Source of the DNA: Oligoflexia bacterium
GTDB taxonomy: Bacteria > Bdellovibrionota_C > UBA2361 > JAFLCA01
NCBI GenBank assembly: GCA_019694465.1
Contig: JAIBBV010000005.1
Span: 13,767-77,766 of the forward strand
Direction of reading: 5' to 3'
Length of the DNA stretch: 64,000 bases
Positions 9,201 to 18,891 of the stretch are shown one piece after another. The notes below the pieces were generated by a model. That model did not search any database and was not told the DNA's origin. It worked only from the letters and a program-made list of their open reading frames with translations. The position numbers and the translations under genes were made by a program. The stretch's first letter is position 1. Every line of letters begins with the position of its first letter.

Positions 9201-10361
9201 TTATGGGTTAGCCAAGTTCACACTGCCGCCAATTCCAAAATTGAATACCTTTGAAATACCCTCAAATGTATCTTGGGTCAGACGTCGCCCAGAGTCCGAT
9301 GGAACTACAACAATATCGCCATTACGGAGACGCACATCGCGATCCTCTCCTCGCGCCAGCCTACTCAAATCAACCACCAAGTGCGCTTTGTCGTCCAGCC
9401 CAACCTCGCGGATCACCTCTACCTCATCAACCTTAGCGCCATAAGTAATACCTCCCGCCGCTGCAAGAGCTCCCAATAGCGTCATGCGCTGGCCAAGCTC
9501 GTAGGCACCAGGCTTTTGCACCTCACCATCTACATTAATCTTTCCTGCCTCCGGTACGACGATCATATCACCACCCCGCACAGGGATCTCTAACGGTATT
9601 AACCCGTTGGTACCAAGCACCTGATCTAGATAAAGTTGGATTCCGCTATTTCTAACATCCAAACCTCCCTGGGAGTTTAAGGCCAGCCGAGCGCGGGCCT
9701 CGACGTCATTGCTAGAACCAAGCCCGGTCCGTTCGGCTGGAACAAAGGTAACAAGCCCACCAGCGCGATCGTTAACACCACCGGCCTCACTCAATAGCTC
9801 CAGAATACTATTCGAGCCCTTCTTAAGAGGATATGAGCCTGGCTTGGCAACCGCACCCAAGACAGCAACCTTTTGGCTGCCATACAAAGAAACGAAAACC
9901 GTTAGCTCTGGGTTTTTGACGTAACTAGCTAAACGTTTACGCAGCTCTTCATGGAACTCTTGCTCAGTTAGCCCTCCCGCCTTTACCGCGCCGACTAGTG
10001 GTAGAGATACATAGCCAGATTCGCGCACCCGCGCTGTGACGTTCATTTCCGGCACGTCAAAAACATTAATTTCAATCTCGTCACTTGGTCCTAGCCGATA
10101 ATTAGGGTCACGCACACTAGCGTCCGTTCGACGACGAATAAGTTCGACAATCTCGTCTTGCTGTTTTCTTTCGAGCTCATAGAAAGTATCTCGCTCCTGA
10201 TCCGGGCTCTTAACCTCCAATCCCTGATTTTGGGCTTCCGAGACAACCTCTGATCTGGGCTTGGTCATGGCGCGATTGGTGCAGCCGAGAAATGCGCAAA
10301 CTACCAATAATGCGAGCGTAGCACACCAGAATTGCCTGTTATTAGCCAACATATTGAACAT
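9201..10361 (-). CDS. wza: Polysaccharide export lipoprotein (Wza/OPX family, SLBB domains)
   Basis: Lipobox FLGC; YRLGPSDEIEINVF; G.VSLPLVG; two SLBB repeats (VLGAVAKPGSY, VDGEVQKPGAY); directly upstream of wzc. Confidence 0.9.
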   Translation of the reverse strand: MFNMLANNRQFWCATLALLVVCAFLGCTNRAMTKPRSEVVSEAQNQGLEVKSPDQERDTFYELERKQQDEIVELIRRRTDASVRDPNYRLGPSDEIEINVFDVPEMNVTARVRESGYVSLPLVGAVKAGGLTEQEFHEELRKRLASYVKNPELTVFVSLYGSQKVAVLGAVAKPGSYPLKKGSNSILELLSEAGGVNDRAGGLVTFVPAERTGLGSSNDVEARARLALNSQGGLDVRNSGIQLYLDQVLGTNGLIPLEIPVRGGDMIVVPEAGKINVDGEVQKPGAYELGQRMTLLGALAAAGGITYGAKVDEVEVIREVGLDDKAHLVVDLSRLARGEDRDVRLRNGDIVVVPSDSGRRLTQDTFEGISKVFNFGIGGSVNLANP

Positions 10362-11211
10362 CCGCTGCGATAAATTGTTCTGGGCAATTAATACTTAAGC
10401 CCCGCCTAAGTACTTGAGTATACTGGGAGCACTTGCGAATCGACAAGGTTTCATCTTTCTCAGCTTTACTTATGATGCCCTCTTGAACAGAAAGAAACGC
10501 ATCAATAGTGCCCACCCTGAGAGCTGTAAGCGCTGACTCTTCGTCCCTAAACCCCCTAAACACTAGGTTAAGCGGAGCGCTGCGAAGGCGCTTGCTCCGC
10601 AAAGACGAGTCCAGAGGCGATCTCTGAAGCGTATATTCGTGCCCCACACGAAAGTCGACGATCGAATAATCCCCAACCGCCACATAGTTAGAGCCAAACC
10701 CTAGCTGCGCACCAAAAAGGCTTGAACTGGCTCTTTCTACAATCGGGCATTTGGCTAATCTATCAGGAAATATGTGCGGGTCGGCGTTACTGCCTAGCGA
10801 CACGACTACCCACTGTTCACTTCCAAGACTGCGCGACTTGCGACTCTCGCTGCGTGTAGAACTAACTTCACCCAACAATCCGTTTTGCTGACAGCGCCGC
10901 AGCGAGAACTCGACATCGGCAGGAAGAACAGTTCGGCCATTGTAAAACTTGGCACTTGGCGCAATGTGGAATGCCCACTCTTTATAGTCAGAGCTTACTG
11001 ACATGCCATCAGCGAGTTCAAACTTTACTGGCTGTCCCGCCTGAACTAGGGCGGAAGTTGTTGCGGCTCTTACATACTCGGCAATTGCAGATCGTGACTC
11101 TAAAATACTAAGTCGCTCTGGGAACTCAGGCACCCCAAGCGTGACCGAGTCAAGTGCAATCGCTGGAGCAGCCCAGAATACACTCGCTGCAATCAACAAC
11201 CTTGTAATCAT
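10342..11211 (-). CDS. Short ABC-type solute-binding family 5-like protein
   Basis: Signal peptide; ADGMSVSSDYKEWAFHI...AKFYNGRTVLPADVEFSL matches the SBP5 N-terminal pattern; VAVGDYSI; only 289 aa. Confidence 0.65.
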   Translation of the reverse strand: MITRLLIAASVFWAAPAIALDSVTLGVPEFPERLSILESRSAIAEYVRAATTSALVQAGQPVKFELADGMSVSSDYKEWAFHIAPSAKFYNGRTVLPADVEFSLRRCQQNGLLGEVSSTRSESRKSRSLGSEQWVVVSLGSNADPHIFPDRLAKCPIVERASSSLFGAQLGFGSNYVAVGDYSIVDFRVGHEYTLQRSPLDSSLRSKRLRSAPLNLVFRGFRDEESALTALRVGTIDAFLSVQEGIISKAEKDETLSIRKCSQYTQVLRRGLSINCPEQFIAADVQYVG

Positions 11212-12557
11212 TGCGCGCCCTCCCCCTTAGAATACACTTTTACGAGGCTCGCCAACTCATTTCCAAATGTTCGAGCTCGAGATGAGCTTGCGAAGTTAAC
11301 CTTCCAATAGCGAAAAGTGTCAGGCGGTGGATGGATGGCGACAATGTAGCGTCGTCCAATTCGATACGACTCAAGTCGCGATTCATTTTCGAGCTCCACC
11401 CACTGTTGGTTATCATTGCTAGCAAAAAGCTTCACCAACGACATGGACAGGTTTGAAGTCTCGTTGCGCCCCTGCAACTCGACCAAGATAACTCTATGGT
11501 TATCTGGAACAAAAAAGCCGATCGAAGAGTAGAAATCGTCGAAATTACGCTCGCCGATTCGATTCCAGCCAACCAATGGTGATTTATGGGGACGCGTATC
11601 TGACTCAGCAAATGTACGAATCACTGGCACCTCAGAGAGGCTCTTCCTCTCAGTTAGATAGGTGGCGATCGGTTTATTCCCCACCTCAGCGAAAAGACTA
11701 GCTAACAATGAATCAATCTTTTGTCTCACGGGAGAGGAGACACCCGCGTTAAGCAGTCCAAATAAGCGCTGTTGGTGCATTTCTTGGGGAATCGCTCCAG
11801 AGGTATGTCCATCCTCAGCTTCGGACAGGGCCTCCATTTGCATACGCTCAAGGGTCCTAGTAAAAAGTTCCTCTGACTGAGGATGTTGGCGTTTTATCCG
11901 TTGCGTCCATTCAACAATTTGAGGGAATCGTGCGGGCACGACTGCCGCCAAATCCTCACCGCTTTCGATCTGCCGACCTATGTACTCGCGCTGCGAAGGC
12001 GTGGTGACTTCACCTAGCGTCAACGCCTTACGATACAATGCGAAGGCCTGGGCGCGATCACCAGCCCACTGCGAAATCAGGCCAGCTGAAAAAAGCACCC
12101 CCACGTTGCTGGGCTCAAAAGCTACTGCAGAGTTCATGGCAGCCCTAAAATTACCTTGGGTCAATGGGCGCCCACACTCAAGGCTTTCACCTAGGGTCTG
12201 ACGAACGTTGGCCCAGTTCATCAAGAGCGCACCATTGCGAGGCGCCCGACGTAAGGCCTCACCACCATGCTGCAGGGCCTCACATAACAAAGCGATACGG
12301 GTATCGGCGTCTTTTTCGCTTTCTGCCTGGAGGCGCAGTGCATCAAACAGGCGCGCCTCTCCATCGGCAGTTTTAACTGAATAGGAATTGGCCCGGCGCA
12401 AGCCTTCCACGCTTCGGGCGAGCGCGCTCTTCCCTAGCTTCATCCCACGCAAATCATCGATGTCGGAAATTGAGCGGGCGTGCTGCCATTCCAATAGCGA
12501 AAGGCAGGCCAACGCGGCGCTAAGCAAGGCTATTAAAGGGTAAGCAATTGACTTCAC
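11208..12557 (-). CDS. Hypothetical membrane-anchored/secreted protein: TPR-like helical region plus C-terminal discoidin (F5/8C)-like domain
   Basis: Hydrophobic N-terminus; Ala-rich helical repeats (ALRRAPRNG, AQAFALYRKAL); C-terminal LFASNDNQQWVEL...FRYWKVNF. ATGA overlap with the downstream gene. Confidence 0.7.
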   Translation of the reverse strand: MKSIAYPLIALLSAALACLSLLEWQHARSISDIDDLRGMKLGKSALARSVEGLRRANSYSVKTADGEARLFDALRLQAESEKDADTRIALLCEALQHGGEALRRAPRNGALLMNWANVRQTLGESLECGRPLTQGNFRAAMNSAVAFEPSNVGVLFSAGLISQWAGDRAQAFALYRKALTLGEVTTPSQREYIGRQIESGEDLAAVVPARFPQIVEWTQRIKRQHPQSEELFTRTLERMQMEALSEAEDGHTSGAIPQEMHQQRLFGLLNAGVSSPVRQKIDSLLASLFAEVGNKPIATYLTERKSLSEVPVIRTFAESDTRPHKSPLVGWNRIGERNFDDFYSSIGFFVPDNHRVILVELQGRNETSNLSMSLVKLFASNDNQQWVELENESRLESYRIGRRYIVAIHPPPDTFRYWKVNFASSSRARTFGNELASLVKVYSKGEGAQ

Positions 12558-12675
12558 AGCATATCCGAGGCTAGGCGCCCCATTAATAGCACGTCACGGG
12601 CGCAGTGATAAACAATATATTTATGAAGCGGGCTTTGTCTTCAGCATTTCTGAGACCGCCCCTACTCTTCGGAGC

Positions 12676-13533
12676 TTATTTGTTTGGTGCTATTCTATCC
12701 TTAAGAGCTATCACAGTGGCCACTACTTCCACAGCAATTCCCGCCCTATCAGCCTCAATAGCGACCGCCTGAGGGTCTAAAATTATACAGCGCTCTGCCT
12801 GCAGAACTAAGGCGCTTGCTCCCGCCTCTTTCATAGTCTGTATTGTGCCAACTCCGATAGTTGGAAGATCTAGTCGCGTATCTTGCTGAGGCTTACAAAG
12901 CTTGACCACCACACCGCCAGGTCCAGAGAGTTGCCCGGCACGCTTTATAGCGGCATCTGTCCCCTCTACGGCTTCTACGGCGACAACCAGGCCCTTATTA
13001 GCAACGACAGTCTGTCCAATATCCAGCCTACCAATCGCTTCAGCAGCCTCCCAGCCGACTATCGCATCCAGTAAACTCTGAGTGTCCAGCCCAAGCCGGG
13101 TAAGTCGCCCCGCTGAGGGAACGCTCTTATCTAGCAACAATGTTGCTGATATTACTTGTATCCCTTCCTTTTCAATTTCTGCTGCGATTCCACGCAGGAC
13201 CACATCATCCTTTACACTGCCAAGTTTGGCTAGCAAAGCTGCGCCACGCCAATCCAGGCGCACATCCTTAAATAAACGAACCCGTGAAATGCCCCCGGCG
13301 AATGCCACCTGCTTTACATGGGCCCGCTTCAAGGCTGAAATCAATTTACCAAGTTGACCGACTCTTATCCACGTGCAGCTTGAGGCATACTTCTCAAGCT
13401 CACTCAGCGCCTCGCCACGATGCGCTACTAGGGCCAATTCAAGTCCCTTGGCCCGTGCACTCTTAGCGAACTCAATTGGAAGAATTCCGCTGCCAGCAAC
13501 AAGTCCGATTGGAGATGTAAGATCGTCTACCAT
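12676..13533 (-). CDS. lpxI: UDP-2,3-diacylglucosamine diphosphatase LpxI
   Basis: IGLVAGSGILP, DIGQTVV, AVEAVEGTDAAIKR, KPQQDTRLDLPTIG; immediately after lpxA. Confidence 0.93.
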   Translation of the reverse strand: MVDDLTSPIGLVAGSGILPIEFAKSARAKGLELALVAHRGEALSELEKYASSCTWIRVGQLGKLISALKRAHVKQVAFAGGISRVRLFKDVRLDWRGAALLAKLGSVKDDVVLRGIAAEIEKEGIQVISATLLLDKSVPSAGRLTRLGLDTQSLLDAIVGWEAAEAIGRLDIGQTVVANKGLVVAVEAVEGTDAAIKRAGQLSGPGGVVVKLCKPQQDTRLDLPTIGVGTIQTMKEAGASALVLQAERCIILDPQAVAIEADRAGIAVEVVATVIALKDRIAPNK

Positions 13534-13542
13534 ATCGGCACA

Positions 13543-14352
13543 CTAGGCTTCGTCTGATCTGGATCCGCCCTTACGCGGCGAACATACCCCACGCTGTGAT
13601 TGCTTAACAAACTCAATTAGGTCACGCACACGCCCAGTCTTTGGTGTCGAAGCATCCAGTATGTGCAAACGCTCCTTTAGAGTGCCTGAGCCAAGGAACA
13701 AGTCACGATAGGCCGCTCTAATAAGGCGAATTTCTTCGGCTCCAAAACCCCGCCGCTCCAGCGCAACAACATTTAAGCCCGCCAAGCCAGCACGATTACC
13801 TTCTACTATACAATATGGAGGTACATCCTTGTTCACCATCGCACCCGCACCAAGCAAGCAATAGTTACCAAGATGGACGAACTGATGTACCCCTGATAGC
13901 CCACCCACCACGACGCAATCACCCACAGTGACATGTCCAGCTAAGGCTGCCGAATTGGCAAAGACATTTGAGCTTCCAATATGACAATCATGTCCGACGT
14001 GCGTGCTAGCCATGAACAAATTACCGTTACCGACGCTAGTGCTCATTCCACCTCCCTGCGTGCCAGGCTGCAGGGTGACATATTCGCGAATGATATTCTT
14101 GTCGCCGATCGACAACGTACTTGGCTCGCCCCGATATTTCAAATCCTGAGGCGCCGAGCCGACTGAGGCAAACTGAAAAACTGTATTGTAGTCCCCCAGG
14201 GTAGTGTGGCCCTCAATTACCACATGCGGCCCAATTTTGTTGCCCTTTCCAAGTACTACATGTGGACCAATTACTGAGTATGGGCCAATGCTTGTGCCTT
14301 CACCAATAGAAGCACCGGAATGAACGATTGCTGTGGCGTGTATCTCGCTCAT
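13543..14352 (-). CDS. lpxA: UDP-N-acetylglucosamine acyltransferase LpxA
   Basis: IHATAIV start, hexapeptide repeats, PQDLKY, IREYVT, HVGHDC, VHQF, DVPPY. Confidence 0.97.
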   Translation of the reverse strand: MSEIHATAIVHSGASIGEGTSIGPYSVIGPHVVLGKGNKIGPHVVIEGHTTLGDYNTVFQFASVGSAPQDLKYRGEPSTLSIGDKNIIREYVTLQPGTQGGGMSTSVGNGNLFMASTHVGHDCHIGSSNVFANSAALAGHVTVGDCVVVGGLSGVHQFVHLGNYCLLGAGAMVNKDVPPYCIVEGNRAGLAGLNVVALERRGFGAEEIRLIRAAYRDLFLGSGTLKERLHILDASTPKTGRVRDLIEFVKQSQRGVCSPRKGGSRSDEA

Positions 14353-14366
14353 TCGCAACTACTCTC

Positions 14367-14852
14367 TTATTCTTCCGAGGCTACTTCCATCGCAGAGATG
14401 CTTCCGGTGGCGACCAACTTGCCATCGACGAAAACTTCTCCATCCATGATCCAGAGTGGACGACGCTTGCGAGCTGATTTAACAACAATTCGCAGTGTGT
14501 CCCCAGGAACGATGCGCTTTTTGAACTTCACATCGTTCGCGCCGACTAGCAGAACTTGCATGTTTTTCCCTACGCCATCCTTCGATGTTTTAGCTAGGAT
14601 TGCCCCGGTCTGTGCAATTGCCTCAACAATCAGCACTCCTGGCATTACTGGATTGCCAGGGAAATGTCCGTTAAAAAAAGGTTCATTTGCCGTTACGTTT
14701 TTGATGGCGACCACGCGTTCATTGTCGACCAGCTCGACTACCCGATCTATCAACAAGAATGGGTAACGATGCGGCAGAATTTTCTGTATCTGCGCAATAC
14801 CAAAAACAACTCCAGATGACTCTGTTTGCTCTTCTTTTTTCTGATCCTGCAT
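14367..14852 (-). CDS. fabZ: 3-hydroxyacyl-ACP dehydratase FabZ
   Basis: LPHRYPFLLIDR, KNVTANEPFFNGHFPGNPVMPGVLIVEA. Confidence 0.97.
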   Translation of the reverse strand: MQDQKKEEQTESSGVVFGIAQIQKILPHRYPFLLIDRVVELVDNERVVAIKNVTANEPFFNGHFPGNPVMPGVLIVEAIAQTGAILAKTSKDGVGKNMQVLLVGANDVKFKKRIVPGDTLRIVVKSARKRRPLWIMDGEVFVDGKLVATGSISAMEVASEE

Positions 14853-14855
14853 GAC

Positions 14856-15425
14856 CTATCCCAATGTCTTGGCATCCAAGGCCTTAAGAACGTCGTCGGT
14901 TATGTCATACTTGTGATCGACAAAAACGACGAAACTCTCGTCCTTGCTAATTACAAATTGATATCCATTCTTGTCCGAGAGCTTCTTAATGACCGCCTCG
15001 GTTTCAGCGATTACCTTTCTAATTTGCTGATCGTTAAGGCGTGTAAGCTCCTCCCGCATATCAGCCATTTCCCGCTCAGCCTCACGACCGCGTTGAGTTA
15101 AGCGCTCCTTCTTCTCCTGCAACGCCTGCGATGATAATAGAGCCGATTGGCCCTGTATCTCCTGTTGCAGCTTAGCTAATTCCTGCTGCGCCTGTTCCAT
15201 CTTGAGCTGGCGCTTTTGCACCTCGGCCTTGAAGTTATTCTGGGCGGCCTTGCCAGTTATCGACTCAGACAACACCCTCTGCATATCGACTACGTAGACT
15301 GCTGTCGCCGCAGGCATCTCGGCTGCAGTAAAAGCTGGCGAGTAGGCCAAGCAAGCACAGAAGATCCGTTTGGCTATCGACCATACAGGCAAGTTGCGCC
15401 GCTGTTCCAACCTACTAGAAATCAT
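14856..15425 (-). CDS. skp: OmpH/Skp periplasmic chaperone
   Basis: VVDMQRVL, long coiled coil, DITDDVLKAL; between bamA and fabZ. Start uncertain. Confidence 0.9.
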   Translation of the reverse strand: MISSRLEQRRNLPVWSIAKRIFCACLAYSPAFTAAEMPAATAVYVVDMQRVLSESITGKAAQNNFKAEVQKRQLKMEQAQQELAKLQQEIQGQSALLSSQALQEKKERLTQRGREAEREMADMREELTRLNDQQIRKVIAETEAVIKKLSDKNGYQFVISKDESFVVFVDHKYDITDDVLKALDAKTLG

Positions 15426-15519
15426 GCTTATGGCTCCTGAGCGCCGATATGGGCCCGATTATGCGGCGGGCAGTATAAGAAAAGCCCGGAAAATAATCAA
15501 ATCACTAAGTTAGAGCAAT

Positions 15520-17835
15520 TTATAGCGGTGCCCCAAAGGAAAACAGCGTGACCATTGAGCTTTCTCCATCACGGCGGTCAATCGGAAAGCCAAACTCGAC
15601 CCTAATTGGCCCCAATGGCGATGTCCAACGGATTCCGTAGCCGTAGGCCTTTCTCAAATCCCCAAAATCAACTCGCTCATGGTCATCAAAGGCTTGACCC
15701 AGATCATAGAATGCCACTCCCTTTAGTCCAGCGGAGTTGATAAGTGGGAAGATTAGTTCGAAGTTATTCACAAACTCCTTACTGCCGCCGTATTCATTAC
15801 CACGCGCATCCTTAGGTCCAAGCGTGCGGTTCTTAAAGCCACGCACCGAATTGATTCCCCCCGGAAAGTAGCGTTTGAAAAGCGGGAACGGATCGTCGTT
15901 CTGGCTCTCTCCATAACCGAAGGTAGTACGCCAGGAAAACACAAAATCGCCGAAACCAGTCTTGAGTAGCGGCTGATACCACTGGTTGCGGGCCTCAAAT
16001 AGATAATACTCCTCGTTTCCACCGGGGCCAGCATACTCAAACGAAACCACCTGTCGTGAGCCCTTCGATGGATTCAGCGGGTTGTTGATTGTGTTTCGAA
16101 TTATCTTGGGGGTAACAGAGGATGACGTAGATGTGCCAGCCGAATCTATTACCAATTGCGCGGCATTTTCGAGATCGACATTACTAATATCGATCCCCAA
16201 ATACTGATACTGCATGGATGCTGACAAGTCCTCGGCCCATTCTCCAAACACTTTATCTAATGGATAGCCCAATTCTAAAGAGCCCCCAGTTAGACGACGG
16301 TCGAAGTCGCTGTACTCTCGATCGCTACGTAATAGATCAATCCCGCCCGAGACAAAGGAGTCATTAATTCGGTTATCATTGAGCGAAAGCACAAGATTGT
16401 CACGTCGTGTCCCCAAGTCAGCATTAATAGAAGCGCTGCGACCGGACCCTAGTATGTTATTCTCACTAAGGCGAGCATTAAATAAAGGACCATCTGAGCT
16501 AGAGAAACCAGCCCCCACCGAGAAGGAACCGGTCGATGCCTCGCGCACATTCACGTTTAGATCTACGCGATCTTTTTCCTTAGAAGGTTCAGATGTAATA
16601 TTAACTTCTTCGAAGAATCCCAAGCGCTCAAGCAGTTCCTGACTGCGTTTTACCTTAGAACTTGAGAAAGTCTCCTCCTCCTGCACGCGCAGCTCACGCC
16701 TAATAACGTTGTCGTATGTTTTTTGGTTGCCATGAATGTTTATACGCCCAACGGTAACCGGTCCACCCTTACTGACCGCAAAGTCTAGTCCTACAGTCGC
16801 AGACTCGCGGTTTACTTGAGTGTTTGGCACAACGTTAGCGAAGGCATAACCTGTGTCGGTGTACTTTTCGCTAACTTTAAACGAATCCTCTCTGATCTGA
16901 GAGGCGCTAAAAACATCTCCGACCTTACTCTCTACTCCATCCAAGGTCTTTTCGACTGATCCATCAACTAGATCGCCGGAAGCATTTATGCTGTCAATCT
17001 TGTACTGCCGCCCCTCGTTGATATCCCAGACCAGTTCGATTGCGCCGTCCTTCTTTTCTATGCGCGGCTCCGAGATAGAAACATCAAGATATCCATGATC
17101 AAAAAAGAACTGCCGCACTAAGCCACGATCGTTCTCCAGCATGTCTGGGTTAAGGCGACCTGTACCAAGTAGCCAGGAGCTCCACCATTTGTAGCGCTTG
17201 GTCTGCATCACCGAGAGAACATCAGAGTCATCGACTTCCTTTAGTCCGTTTACAACGATGTGCCTAATTTTATACTTTTGACCTTCCGCAACAGTAAAAG
17301 TTAGGTCCACTTGATTGTCCGCCACCGGCACTGCCGAGTAGTCAAACGTTGCGTCATAAAAACCTTGCGTCTGATAATACAAGACCGAGGAACGCATGAT
17401 CGCGTCGATCTTGGCACGATCGAGAAAGCGGTCGCCGCCCAGTTTAATGACTTCCCGCAGTTCGCTTTCCTTGATCTCCTTGTTGCCTTGAATGAAAATC
17501 TTCCTTACCAAAGGCTTCTCTACTACTTCATAGCGCAGTTGAACGCCTTTAGGCCCAGCAGTAGTTGATACCGTTACCTGGTCAAAGAAGCCGGTCCTGT
17601 AAATTGCCTTGAGATCTTGATCGATAGCATCCTGAGTCACGCTCCCCGAGGTAGCCTTTAGCTGCGCAACGATTGCCGCCTGGTCAACTCGGTGATTTCC
17701 ACTGATCGCTACCGACTGAACTTGTAGCGTACCTGTATCTGCCAAAGCCAAATTAGCGCAGCACAAAAGGATAGCGAGATTTACAAACGAGCAAGCTTTA
17801 ACAAACTTCACTGCCACCTCAACACAACTATACAA
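15520..17835 (-). CDS. bamA: Outer membrane protein assembly factor BamA
   Basis: POTRA repeats (ISGNHRV, TYDNVIRREL, LERLGFF), VRGF, WTSPLGPIRVEFGFP. Start may be the GTG about 8 codons downstream. Confidence 0.97.
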   Translation of the reverse strand: MYSCVEVAVKFVKACSFVNLAILLCCANLALADTGTLQVQSVAISGNHRVDQAAIVAQLKATSGSVTQDAIDQDLKAIYRTGFFDQVTVSTTAGPKGVQLRYEVVEKPLVRKIFIQGNKEIKESELREVIKLGGDRFLDRAKIDAIMRSSVLYYQTQGFYDATFDYSAVPVADNQVDLTFTVAEGQKYKIRHIVVNGLKEVDDSDVLSVMQTKRYKWWSSWLLGTGRLNPDMLENDRGLVRQFFFDHGYLDVSISEPRIEKKDGAIELVWDINEGRQYKIDSINASGDLVDGSVEKTLDGVESKVGDVFSASQIREDSFKVSEKYTDTGYAFANVVPNTQVNRESATVGLDFAVSKGGPVTVGRINIHGNQKTYDNVIRRELRVQEEETFSSSKVKRSQELLERLGFFEEVNITSEPSKEKDRVDLNVNVREASTGSFSVGAGFSSSDGPLFNARLSENNILGSGRSASINADLGTRRDNLVLSLNDNRINDSFVSGGIDLLRSDREYSDFDRRLTGGSLELGYPLDKVFGEWAEDLSASMQYQYLGIDISNVDLENAAQLVIDSAGTSTSSSVTPKIIRNTINNPLNPSKGSRQVVSFEYAGPGGNEEYYLFEARNQWYQPLLKTGFGDFVFSWRTTFGYGESQNDDPFPLFKRYFPGGINSVRGFKNRTLGPKDARGNEYGGSKEFVNNFELIFPLINSAGLKGVAFYDLGQAFDDHERVDFGDLRKAYGYGIRWTSPLGPIRVEFGFPIDRRDGESSMVTLFSFGAPL

Positions 17836-18202
17836 ACCGCGCAGCCTTCTCTAATGGTGAAGAGACGCTATGCGGATTTTCAAATAGAGACTGTATGCAG
17901 AGGCGAGCACGTGAGCCAAAGCTTTCCCCGACTCGCCCTTCCACAACGGGCTGCCCTACCTTACGAAATGCGGAGGCAAGTAACAATCGAGACAAGAGTA
18001 TGAGTAGGGTTGCAAGCCAACTTGTCAACAAAGCTGCTCGCTAAGGCGCGCCTAAATTAGAAGCGACAATTGAATATATAAAACAGCGTTGCTAGTGCTG
18101 CCCTGGCCCCCGTCAGTGCCTAACAAAAAGAGGTGAATTCTAAATTTTTCTTGAGATGCGAGCACGTTAAGTTAGCCTAGGACATTCTGGATGCGAGCTC
18201 TA

Positions 18203-18889
18203 TCATGTGGTCGAGTATGCAACAAGCTGACCGCCTGGCTTCATTTCAAGGCGTAAGTCCATAGCTGCTGATAACTCAGCGCTATGTGTAACCACAATAA
18301 GTAGACTTTGCATCTCTCGCTGCACCTCGAATAGCAGCGCCTGTACCGCTTTGGAGGTCTCAGCATCAAGGTTCCCAGTCGGCTCATCAGCTAAGATCAG
18401 CGCGGGCCGCGCAACTATGGCGCGGGCTATTGCTACTCGCTGTTGCTCACCACCAGACAACTCACCGGGGCGATGGCAGAGACGTGAAGCAAGCCCTACG
18501 CGCTTAAGAGTCTGGACAGCCTGCTCGGAGGCTGTGGTCTCTGGAACTCCAGATATCACTAGCGGCATGGCCACGTTCTCAACGGCGTCGAATTCTGGCA
18601 GCAGGTGATGAAACTGGAAGATGAAGCCCACTTTCCTACTACGCAATAAGGAAAGTTGATCGGAATTCAATTTTTCGAGTTGAGTACCATCTAAAACCAC
18701 GCTCCCACTACTCGGTTTATCAAGGCCGCCCATTATATGAAGAAGAGTTGATTTGCCGACTCCAGAGCGCCCCATAATTGACACTGAGCCAGAAGCCGGA
18801 AACTCAAAGTCGACTTGATCCAGCACCCTAAGCGCACGCTCGGCATCTCGATATTCCTTGGTCACCGCTCTAAGGCTTAGTCCAGACAT
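18203..18889 (-). CDS. lolD: Lipoprotein-releasing ABC transporter ATP-binding protein LolD
   Basis: [46 protein letters not shown]. Confidence 0.95.
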   Translation of the reverse strand: MSGLSLRAVTKEYRDAERALRVLDQVDFEFPASGSVSIMGRSGVGKSTLLHIMGGLDKPSSGSVVLDGTQLEKLNSDQLSLLRSRKVGFIFQFHHLLPEFDAVENVAMPLVISGVPETTASEQAVQTLKRVGLASRLCHRPGELSGGEQQRVAIARAIVARPALILADEPTGNLDAETSKAVQALLFEVQREMQSLLIVVTHSAELSAAMDLRLEMKPGGQLVAYSTT

Positions 18890-18891
18890 GA

